Shown piece after piece: positions 36,836 to 48,800 of a DNA stretch of 64,000 bases. Location of the stretch: the NCBI GenBank assembly GCA_905178155.1, contig CAJINV010000003.1:10175979-10239978 (forward strand). Reading direction: 5' to 3'. The stretch comes from Amoebophrya sp. A120 (Eukaryota; Protista; Dinoflagellata). How positions within the stretch are numbered: the first letter of the stretch is position 1; every line of letters starts with the position of its first letter. A program made the translations under genes and the position numbers. The notes under the pieces are model-generated. The model was not told where the DNA came from and searched no databases. It saw only the letters and a list, made by a program, of their open reading frames with translations.

Positions 36836-39800
36836 ATGGCGCGCGTCGCTGAAGGAGAGGATGAGGGGCACTTTATGACCCCAACCAAAGCAACCAACAA
36901 GAAGCTGAACTCCCTCAGGCTTGAAGGCGAGGCCGTGGTTCCCTTGGTGGAGGCCGGCGCCGGCGGCGATGACGATGACACCCCCATCAGCCCGGAGTCC
37001 GTCGCATTGCTGGAGAGGCGGAAGAACCGCCCGCCGGGGTGCACGCGTCCCGAGCTCCGAAAGCCGAAGCCCGGGCTGGCCACCCGGGACGGGTGGGTTC
37101 GATACATGGACCGGTACCTTGCGGGCACGCCCGCCAGTTGCGGGAAGACGGGATTCACGTTCCCCACCCTCGGGAAAGCAAAGCAAGCGGCAGCGAACTA
37201 TCCTAGGTAAAAACGTCCCCACCGCCACCCTTTGCAGCGCTAACACCATGGGAAATCTGCTAGACCACAGATGGATAAGCCTTGGCTGTTGCGCATGACA
37301 AGCCTGTGCAGCCCGGAGTGTAGTCTTGTTTGGGTAGTGCTGTCGCATCACACATTGATCTTCAGACTCTGAGCTCTAGGCCATAATGCCAAACCATATG
37401 TCTGTGAATTTCAAAATACGAACACCATTACATTAGAAAATGCACTCCATGGGGCTGCGCATGGGAGACATCCTGGGCGTGCAGATTTGCACGAAAAATG
37501 TCTTGATGCAGCTGAGGTGTATTGCCTTTGCCCTTAGAAAGAAAAGCCTCATTCGTACCCTCCCACCTCCAGACGGAAGGTCTAAACCGCAGCGCCGTCT
37601 TGCGCTTGTTGCTTTTGGCCTTTGATTGTGTATGCAGCTGCATAAAAGTGGGGGAGTTGCCTCAGATACCAGTATTCTGCTTGGTGCTGTTGATTACCTG
37701 GATTTCTCCCTGCGTCGTGTTCTTGTATGTTTTTTGGACGAGTTATGTGTTTTTGCAACCACGCACCTGCACCTCCTAGCCCGAGGGGGTGCGGGTGCCC
37801 GAAGTGAAAAATGTCGGATGTTGGATCAGCTGGCGTGATATGTTGGCTCAGAAGATGAAGGGGGCTTGAAAACAAGTATGTCTCGCAACCCTCCTAGCTT
37901 ACTATACTTAGTTTCATTCAGCCGATCTGTTTTGCATACGAAAGTCGGCAACTCGCGTTTAGGCCTTGACCTTCTAGGGTGTGTTTGTCGTAACTCATGA
38001 TTTTACTAGAGACCACGCAGCGCATGATCTACTAGCCCGCTGGCGTGCGGGACCCCGGAAAAAAAGCTGACTGCGAGAACAGTAGGCTAGTGGCCACCGG
38101 GTGATGATGCTGGCGATCATAGCGCCTCAGCGTCCGCTTGACTCACCTCCCCTGCGCGTCAAACTATCTGCGGCCATGGTGCACATTGGGCGGCAAAGTG
38201 TGTTGCATTTCCTTTAGCAGGACAAAAAATTTGGGGTGGGGATGTATTTACTGAGGATGCGAATCATCCGGACTGCTACGGCATCACGCAGGTGTCAGAG
38301 CGCGAGTTCGAGCTCCGGGCCAGCGCGTATGAGAGTGCACTGCTCTCCCTCCCCCTCATTTGTATGGCATGAACAACATTCATTGCAACCACCAACACAC
38401 GTGGAGCCTGTGCTTGACAAGTTCATGTGCCGAATGTACTTAGATATATTGTTTCGGCTTCCGAAATTTGGTGTAATGCAACAAATGCCAGCTGCTTTGC
38501 ATAAGATAAGGATTAATTATGATTAAGATTAAGACGAAGACAGCAAGACCAGCAACTGCGTTTGGGATTTTGCATTACAAACAAGGTCAGGGCACGGGGG
38601 CCAACGACCTTCCCGCCCTTTGCAGGACGGGGCGCACGTAGATACGTGGACAGCACGCCAGAAATTTCAAAACTTTGCGCTATACTGAAAGCAAGAGGCC
38701 GGGCACAGAGTCCCCGCGCTGACCTATGGCTTTTGCGCCTGGGCCGTACGGCTCCCGGGAGTCGCGCGCGTCCATCCAGCTGGCCCCTAGGTCATGACGC
38801 GGGGACACAGTCCCCGCGCTGACCTAGGGCTTTTGCCCCGGGGCCGCGTTCGGGAAGCGCTTCCTTGCAGCTGGCCCCTAGGTCGTGGCGCGGGGACAGA
38901 GTCCCCGCCCGGACCTAGGGCTTTTGCCCCGGCCGGGGCCGCGCGCTGCCCGGGAAGCGCTCAAAGCTAGGTAGCCCCTAGGTCATGGCGCGGGGACAGA
39001 GTCCCCGCGCTGACCTAGGGCCTTTGCCCCTGGGCCGTGCGGTGTCCGGGCAGGGCCCGCGACAGGCTACGTAGCCTCTTCGTCATGTGGCGACGCTCGT
39101 CGGGACTGGGCCCCCCCGCTGACCTAGCGCTTTTGCGCCCGGGCCGTGGGGTGGTCCCTCCGGGATGCAGACGCCCAAAGCTCACCCCCCGGTCATGGCT
39201 CGGGCACCCACAGACAGAGCCCTCGCGTTGGCCTTGGGCACTTGCCCGGCCGGCCGCGGGCCTTGCCTGCGGTGCCCGGGAAGCGCTCCCACCAAATCAA
39301 ATGCTTGGACATGCATGGCGCCACCGGTGGGGCCCATGCCCAGACGGGGGCGGGACCGCCTACAGGGCGGGCTCGGGGCCTCCGCCTCCTGGAATGCCTG
39401 CGCGCCCGTCGCTCTCTGTGCCCGCGTGTTTGCGCCCAGCGGGCCCACTGTTGTGCTTGGTCTGGAATAAATAAAAGCCGACGCGCCCGGCGTGCCTGCT
39501 TGGTCTGGGTGGTGGCGAGTATGAATAGAATAAAAGCAGCCCCCGGCGGCCCTGCTTCGCTTCCGTGTTAGTTATATGCTACCTTTGCAGAAAAATGCAG
39601 GGCCCATAGATACGCGCCCACCTTTCTCAGCCGGGCGCGCGCTTGTTTTGTTGTCGCAGAAAAGGCACCCGCGTGGGGCCCGGTAGGTCGGCGCGCCCGG
39701 AATGCCTATGCACGGGGCACAGACACCAGCAGCAAACACACCCAAAGGCACGGCGGCGGGTGGCTTCGCGGGGTCCACCCCCTCGAGTGGGCCTGCTGCT

Positions 39801-42800
39801 CTGTGTTGACACTCATTGGCGGCCGAAAACGCCCGGGGTCCGTCGGTTCGGGGAAGTGTCCGGCCTTTTCCCCGCGGTGTGTTCGGAAGTGTGCCCCGGG
39901 GTGTGCCTGGGGTGTTTCGGGGGTGTGGGCCGGGGGTCTGCCTGGGGTATGTCGGGGGTGTGTCGGGGGTGTGTCGGGGGTGTGTCTGGGGTGTGTCCGG
40001 GGTGTGTTCGGGGTGTGGGCTGCAAATTGCAAATCACGACGCTAGGCAGCCACTTTGCATACCCCAGAACACACCCCAAAGCTTCAGCAATTCTTGTCGG
40101 GGGGGGGTGTGTCGGGGGTGTGTCTGGGGTATGTTTTGGGGTGTGGCCTGCAAATTACGAATCCCGATGCTATACAGCCACTTTGCATACCCCAGAACAT
40201 ACCCCCAAGCTTCAAAAGTTCTGGTTTGCTGCAGTCTAAATAGTAATGTTGAGGGTTAGTAAGAGTTGTGCACTCTCATAGCCCGGACCTGCTCTACTCG
40301 GACACCGAGGAAATATCGTGGGTGTGGCTGACCAGCTAACAGAATGAAAAATCCCCCCTCCCCATATTCAGAGGGAAATTTGTGATGCACGGTCTGTGTA
40401 CCTGTACACAAATCAGCTTTTTGCTGCATTGTAATACTGCAGGCAGATCGATCCTAAGACTGTGTAAGCAGGAGTATTTTGTATGGGCCCTTAGCATGGT
40501 AGAGACCCGTTCTGCGGGCTGAATTGCATTACAGCATAATGCGGCGGACTCTCTTGATTTGCTTTCCTGCAAGGCAGACGCGATTTGTGGCCACGGATCA
40601 GCATCGACGACGCTGCGCGTGGAAAGCGGAAGCTCGGCGCGTCGGATGAGGGACCCCCGATGCCGGGCCTCGGCATTTGCCTTCTTACAAGACAGAAATA
40701 ATTTGTGCCCACAAGAAATCTGGCTCGGCGTGTGCGTGTCGGATGAGGGATCCCCTATGGGTCCCTACCCTCGACCCCCTGCACAGCAATGTGAGTCTTA
40801 GTAATTTACTTGCTGCTCCCTACTGCTATGCATGTTTTTGTTTTACTTTTGTATGATTTAGATTTGGCGCCAAGCTGAAAATTTGCGTGACTTCGTGAAA
40901 ACAGAAAAATTGCGGCACCCGTCGTATTTCGTGAAAAAAAAGTATAGAAAAAAAAAGGATCTACGCCTCTCGTCACGTGAAAGATATGTTACAACCAAGA
41001 ATGCGCTTCGTCTTCGTCGCGTCAACATGTTAGATGGTAAGTAGATTCGTGCACTTCTACGCTGCCGCCCAAAGCCGCTCCCTCCTTCCCCCTCGTGCAT
41101 TTGGCTCTACCCTTTTACCTTCTGTCTTCTAGCGCTAGGTTGCGAACCTCGCATGTCTTGCAGGGGCATATGTCCGTGGGGGTAGTCCTCGGTGTGGGTA
41201 GTTCTCGGTGTGAGTAGTTCTCGGTGTGGGTAGTTCTCGGTGTGGGTAGTTCTCGGTGTGGGTAGTCCTGAGAGGGTTACTCGGTGTGGGTAGATAAAAA
41301 CTGTGATGCTTTATTTGGGTCTAGGGATGTACTAGTTTAAGTTTTCGACTCAGCGGCCGACACAAGTATTCACTTTTTCATTAGGCGGGGTACGCATGAA
41401 CATGATGCGGTTACTTATCCGTTTTCGACCGGGCCGCATCCCCGGGACACGTGCAGCACGACCCCGCTAGCGCGTCCACTATGCATGGGGCTGCGTCCTC
41501 CCCACCTGACACAAGAACTCCGGCCGTTACACGGCGCCGCGTTTCGTTGTCGCGAAGTTGCCCCTCCCTAACCACGTGGACACATAGTTTCATACGACGA
41601 CGGTTCGCGGACTTCGACCTGCTGCTGGCGACGGTATTCTTATTCTTTGCTCTTTTCGTTTACCTGAAGCTGAACCTGTAGGAGCCGCATCCCCTCCTAG
41701 TTAGTTTCTCAACCCGATCTAGCAGTAGACTATGTGTGTGCCCGGTATTGAGGTCAGATGTGGTTTTTCATGCGACACCAATGCCCCCTCTTTGACTTTG
41801 ACCTGGCGGCACGGAGGACTCGTTGCATTTTTTGGGACCACGCAAATTCTAGCCTGCGAGGAGGGGGGAGCGAGCAAAAAAAACTGGCCTACGAATATCA
41901 GGAGGAAAACTGGCACGACTCAGCATGGCAAATTTTCAGAACGGGGAGGGGGGACTTTTCCTGACGATACCAGCCCGGCTTTCTCGGAAACGGACGGCGC
42001 GGAATTCCGTGCAAGCTGGGACGACCCGGAATTGGGTCCCGCCTATGCCATATGCACTGAAAATATTTATATTTATACCTGGGTCTGGAACTGGATCTGG
42101 AACAAAAGTGGAACCTGTATTGCTCCTCCACTTCTTTGCGTTCATCCTGTAAAGTCTAGATTGCATCACCGACAGGCAGAAGCGGGACCTCTTGCTCTTT
42201 TGTCATGCAAAAATATTTCATTATCATTTCATTTGTAATCAATGCGCTTGCGCATCCGCCCTAGACATGGCAAAATGAGGAAGAGGAAGCGTGGCTTTAG
42301 ATTTTGGCCCCGCTCGATCGCGCTCAAAAGAGTGCTCAAGCATGATCACCAATCAGCATCACAAGTTTCCACACTCAAATATATCTTTCTGCGTTTGATA
42401 CGCGACGCAATCCCGGCGAGAACTTCCCCGCCTGCTTGAAGCCGCACCAGGGCCCGAGTACTTTATCGAGGCGGACGCGAAACGTGAGACGGCGCTTGCG
42501 GACGAGCGCCAGCGGGTGGCCAACTTTGGCTCGGCGTTGCAAGAGGATCTGCTCGCTTACCGAGGTACAGGAACTACATTCTTGGCTCTGATAGAACGTG
42601 TTGCACTACGTACGAGATGAAGGAAAACTATATTGTATAAAGATTGCTTTTGCTTTAAAATGGTTATGGTAGTAAAGGATAGTCTTATGCTAGAGATGGT
42701 GAGCCGGAGCGTGAGTGTGGCGCTGTGTCTATCATTGAGTAAAGGGCGCTGTGCCACTTTCAGTACACTTCGGCGTAGACCGTCTTCGATGTCAGCTGTA

Positions 42801-45800
42801 CCAATACACAGGAGGCTGATCGTCCTTGCGTTTTCATTAAAAATTCATCACACAACAGACCTGCCCGCTTCCTCAGCGGTATACGTCGAATCCGAGTTGC
42901 GGCGAGTGCAGGGGATTTACAACCTGCAGAGTGGGGAAAAAAACGGGTGTCCTGTATACACGAAGCCGGATAGCACGGAGGCGTTGTTTTTCGACGGTTT
43001 TCAGTGGGTGATCAAGGCCGAGCTGGAGGACGTGAAAGCTCCTCTCATTTTTGGGCCAGAAGTGGAGCTGCTGAAGGAGACGGTGCGGCTATCAGGTTGC
43101 CAGCGCCCTCATATCCCGGATGATTGAAGTCTCATCAAGTCTTGGCGCTGCAAAGTTTGCAAGTGGGCAAGCTTTCTTGTTTGTTTCCATGCAAGGATCA
43201 TAGTCAACTGCTTGCTGGTGCCGACTCGTAGTTGTGTGGGCTCGCAGCGCAGGTCACTTCTAACAACTTTCGCCCTTGCTGGGCCTTTTTGCAACAGAAA
43301 AGTTGGCTAAATTTTTCTGCTTCGAGCGCGCTATTTTGCGTTGCTGGCATAAGCACATGCATATGTAAGCTGGAGAGTGTTTCGCAATACATATGATTAT
43401 CAATATGTTGCTCTCGCGTTTTTCATTTTCAGGTGCTCCCGATTTGAGCGGAGGACCCTCACCAATCTTGGTTTGCAGTTGCGGGGTCTGCTAAACAACA
43501 GAATTAAAATACACAAGCTCTCAGTTCTGGGATAGAGGTGCATGATGCCCACATGATAGTAGCCTAAGCCTTATCGACTGCAAAAAAAAAATGTCTGGGT
43601 CTGGGAGTATCCAGACATTTGTCATGCATTTGTTGGATCTTCAAGTTCAAGAGAAGAAAGTTTGGAATGCACGCAGAGCACGACAAGATCCGCGGAGGCT
43701 TCTCCATGTCCATGTCTTCTTCTTTGTCTAGCCTGCATGTGCATGAGAAGCAGCGTCTTGGAGGAACAAAAAGCGCAGCGCGCCTTATGCTGACAATGCA
43801 AGGCAGATTTTTCTTTTTGTCTATAGTTCTGTCTAAATTCAGCATCACAAACACAAGTTGCAATCTTCCAAACCCGGACCTATTTGCAATGTATAAGGCC
43901 GGGCAGGACGAGAGACCGATGCAGAAGTACGTCCCGAAAGTTATAGCGCGCGCAGGTGATATCGATATGGGAGTGTTAGGATCGAAATCGACAAAGATGG
44001 CCTGGTTTGCAATGCAAGCATAAACTCAATACTAGCGGGGCCCCAGTTTATTTCTAAGTGGCGCATGATAAATTTTGGGAGCACCTAGATCCAGCCAGTC
44101 ACCGCGCTGTTCATCTGGGCAAGGAAAGTTTTTTTTTGCTCCTTCGCAGTCCTACTGCCAAGCAACCCCAAAGAGGCTTACAATCTGCCTCAGCTGCCTG
44201 CTTTCCAATACAGGCGATTTGTGCCTTGCGCTGGCTTTGTGCATTATGACAAACTGTCTCAACTGTGTCAATTTCGAACCTGACCCCTCCATAGCCGTTA
44301 CGATCTCGACTGTACTTCCATATTCGTCTATTGCTATTCCTATTGTAAATTTGTACAAAAACTGTATCCATTTGAATCTTAAAGATGCCCGACGAGCGGC
44401 CATCCCTCCATCACTACTCGCTTGAATTCGCGAACTCGTATCGAAATCGGCTTCACGTTTTCTGGCAGAGGGCGTGCTCTTGTTTTCTTTTCATTTGCCT
44501 CATCGTCATCTTGGTCCTGCGTTACAATTACAAACTTACGTCTTCGGCATGCATGGTAACAGCTGAGATCATAGTAACACCTGACCACGCAATAGAAATC
44601 CGGAACCCCATCCAGCTAGGCATTTGGGCCGGGGATCTTGGGCGCAACACACGTGTAAGCGACCTGGAACGGTACCAGATGCCAAACGAGCTCGAGGGGG
44701 ACAAGTGGGTAGACCCAGTGTTTCCCCCCGTCGGCGACTCCCTGGGCGTGACGCTCAAGCTATTCTGCAGAAAAGCACATCCAAGTCTGTTTGTAGTTTT
44801 GTCAGAGATGATAGAAAGATAGATCTTCGACGTCATCTTGTGTGCGGTTGTTCAGCATGACATAGATATTTATTGCGCCGCCCTACTAGTTCTTGCCAGC
44901 TAGCATTACGAAATTCATGATTCAGCACGACGGATAATTCCCACCGCCAGTTTTGATTTGGTTTTGGCCTCCGCACTAGAAAGTTTTCAGTGCCTGGACT
45001 TGAGCAACACATTTTTTTTACGAGGTCTATGTAACTCCTATTCATTGCTGAGCTGCGGAGGTTAAAACTTTGCAGCGGGAAAGCAAATCGCCCGCGTCAG
45101 TGTTTTTTTTGCAGTCTGCAACTTTCGACGAAGATTGCTGCGAAGGAAGTGCCGAAGTCGCTCATCGTCCAATTTGTTTTCCATCTTCCAAACTTGCAAA
45201 ACTAACTTTCGAGCCCAGTGCTCAACCTTTTTTCATTTTTTCCAACTCTCCCGATTTTTTTTCCTGTTTGCAAAACTCCCAACAAAAAATATTTTTCATC
45301 TCCCACCAAAGTTTTTTCTTCCGTTTTGCTTCCAGCGCGAAACGTGTTGCAACTGCCAACAAAAAACTTCTTTCCATTTTCAGAACTTTGCACAAAAAAT
45401 ATTTTGCAACCCCCAACAAAAAGCTGCGCAAAGTATTTTGCAACTCCCAGCAAAAAACTGCAAAAAATATGTCGCAACTCCCAGCATACGCTTACAAATA
45501 CTAAACGTAATCAATCCGCGGTAGGGGTGTGCTTTTCGTTTTCTGTAGGATACAAGCAGAAGCTTGGGAACGTGAACATCGAGTGGGACCGGGTCTGCAA
45601 CCTATGAGAGTGCACAATTTCGGCTCCCTCTCATTCGGTGGGTACTTACGCGTAAGGTCAGCAACAGAAGAAGGGGCAAAATGTAGGTTTTGCACGAGCA
45701 TGACACAATGCAGGTGGTTCTAAACTCGTCACCATGACAGAATCAATGTCGGTTATACTCAGATATCAACAAATCTCACTTCGCTATATATAATTGTCTA

Positions 45801-48800
45801 TTTTGTGCTCGTTGATGTTTGTTCATGCTCCTTATCACTATCCTAAAGCTTCTTCATATACTTTTCTTCGACTTGTTCTTTGTGCGTAGCTTTCTGCTAC
45901 TTCGGTTCGCGCTCTTCTGTGATCTGATTCCACAGTGCTTTCCTCTCTGGTCGAGGCCTTCCTCGTAGGTGGGTTTGGACGTGGGGCGCCAGGCGCATGG
46001 GCGGCTTCCCATCTCCGTCGTGATCGACACGTCCTATGCCAGCTTGGCGTGTTCGGGTGTTCCGTGCAATGCGTTGCGCACCCGATAGGCCCCGCACCTC
46101 CTACCATGCTAGCTCGGTCGCACAGTCTGTTAAGCGTGAAAAATAGATCTCCACCGGCGTCCGAAGCTGCTTGCGGCGACGGTACAAAGGTTTTGGAGGA
46201 GGTCCAGCCGGATTTGCAGGACAAACGTATGAGGGGGGAGCTCGTTGTTGACTCTTATACTACCTGCAGAAGGCGCAGAAGATGCGACTGTTTGCGGTGA
46301 TTGAGCCGAACGATGTTGCGCGCGGGGCACTGGTATCATGTGTGAACAATATGTCCACTGGGTTCGGAAAAGTGGAGCCTGTTTTGGTTGTCTGGCAGTC
46401 CCGGAAGCGGAAGGGGAAGTCTGTATTGCATGACCAACAAGAGTGCAGCCGCTCGTCTCACGCAAAGATGCACCCTTTCATGCGCAGTAGGCACAGCTAC
46501 CACGAACACGATAGAGATATTAGAGGACCGCTCTAAAAACTTGTCATGCTTGGCAGACCTCACAGCGGTCGCGGTCCGGTCACTCGCACTTTCGCATCAC
46601 GAGCTTCCAGAACCCGTGTTTGCATTGGATAACTGGGGAACTGCTGGCTTCACGGCGCACTGGCGGCGCTCGCCGAATTCCCGGCGTACCTCGAGGAAAT
46701 GGTATCCTGCGGACTAAAACTCCCCCACCCCTCCATACAAACATAGTCATGATGGAAAATCTGCAACACGAATTCAGAGCATTGTCTTGTAGTCGTCCGC
46801 AAGCATCCGCATGGCAAGTTTCTAACTGTAGTGTGTGTAGCACTAGCAAGATGGCTGCAAGGACAGCCGTGGATCAGCGCAGTGCCGTCTGCAGCAGACG
46901 GCACTGCGCTGATCCACTTAAGCAATGCTTAAGTACTAGACAGCTATTACAGATGCACAAAGACGCTATACGAACTAGTAGATGCCTCTCATGTGGATGT
47001 GTATTATGATTTTCAGGCTATCATGTTGTACCTGTTGATGCATATGTGTTTGACAACTCTGGGGTGGGGACGCTTTTACTCAGGATGAAGGGTGTTCGCG
47101 AACTACGTCGCCGAGCCTATACGAAAATTGAAGGTTCCTTATCGCCATATTCTATAATGGAAATTTGTGTGGCGTGTGATGCGGGATTTTTTCAAAGAAG
47201 GAAGAGTGTACGCTTGGGGCAAAGCTAGACGCTTTGCTGGTTGTTAAGCATGATGACAGAAGGAGGCGGCGAGGCGCAAAGTGACTAACACGCCTGTTGA
47301 GTGTCAAGTGTGCGTCAGATGTGTCGCTGTTGCTGCGCCGTCTCGCAAGACAGAAGTGACTTGGCGTGGCTATACAACATCAGCATCAGATTCTGATGTT
47401 TCCGTTTTGAGCATGGCGAGAAGGATGGATTTTTCCGCACGATAGCCGACTAAGCTGCCTAAGTCCGGCCAGTACGGGCTGCGGCTGTACTCCCCGGAGC
47501 ACGGAACGTGGGAGGAGGTCCTGGTCGACGACCTCGTGCCGACCTTCGAGCACATTCCCCTATTCTGCCGTCCGACGACCAACCACAACGAAATATGGTG
47601 CCCGCTACTGGAAAAGGCGTTTGCCAAGGTGCTCAACCGACCCAAGAGCGCCGCGATTGTCCCTGTCGAGGCCGAAGATTTCACAAAGCGCGCAAACTAC
47701 AAAAATAGTGCGGTCGATGGGCAGCCTGGCATGATACCAGAGTTGGACGTAGTAGGTGTTGTACGTGCTGCGGATGAAGACATCAAGAAGGCCGCGAGTC
47801 CTGGCACAGTTCCGGAAATCGCAGACGCAGCGACGCCCGCAGTCAACGCTGGCACAGTCGGAACGGACACCGTGCCTGCACCCGACGCACAAGAGAAGCA
47901 GGAGCCTCCACCGCTGCCGGAACCGGCGGGCGAAGATGAAATAAAAGAGGACGAAAATTACGTGCCGGCTTTCGAATCTCTGAATCGGGGGACCATAGCC
48001 CTCGCGTTTTCCCGCTTAATCCCAAATGCGCGGACGGAGCGCTGGGCGAAGAAAAACAACCAGTGGAAGTCCAGCTTTAACGAGACCAAAGAGGATGAGG
48101 ACATGTGGGAAGCCTTGCGCGAGTGGGACAGAAGTAACTTTGTGATGGTGTGCGGCGTTGGGACCCCGGAAAGCCCCAACTCTTATCGACAGGACGGAAT
48201 CCTGCAAGGATACTCATACAATGTGCTCGCTCTGCACGAAGTCAAGGTGATCAGTTTGTGCTTTTGTGTGTTGATTGGATCGACAAAAACATCGGGATGC
48301 AGTCTCGGAGGTTTTACCATACCTATACAAAAAAGCCGGAGCGAATGGTTGCCTCCTACTTTGATTATAAGAATAACGTTGATCATATCGAACTAGAACT
48401 TACTTAATTCCCTCCGATGAAGGCCCACGCCTGATGACGAGATCCTGCGTTGAGGTGCCTCCACCTCACGCGGTAGGAGCGGCCTGCCATCAAATCAGCT
48501 ACAGAAACACCACACTGGAAATGCCTCGCTCGCCCGGATAGAACAAGAGCGAGGCACTGTGACTGCGCGTCCGCGCATCGATGCCATAGCATAGCTGTAC
48601 ACTCGCCATCGTGCCGTAGGCGGAGCCAAAACAGCTACAGAAAAAAGCGCGGGAACTGCCCAAAGCAGTCCCCTGCACATATTTGAACCGGGCCCACAGC
48701 CCCGCGTGCTTGTTTGACCGGAAAGGACGAGGGCGCGGTAGATATCAACCCAGCGACTGCGCGTCCGTGCGTCGCCATGTCGCGTAGCTTTCTGGGGCAC

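Noticed and set aside
41180-41293. Short regular repeats as a CRISPR array
   Set aside because: Head-to-tail units without unique spacers, in a eukaryotic intron, with no cas genes.
43433-43500. In-frame TGA suggesting stop-codon reassignment (VLPI*AED...)
   Set aside because: The TSD-based splice model avoids the stop, and long ORFs (TRM13, the large calpain exon) read cleanly in the standard code.
46180-46259. KVLEEVQPDLQDKRMRGELVVDSY as a Cys-less calpain active site
   Set aside because: It lies inside the 45603-46259 element. The real motif RGALGNCW assembles downstream.
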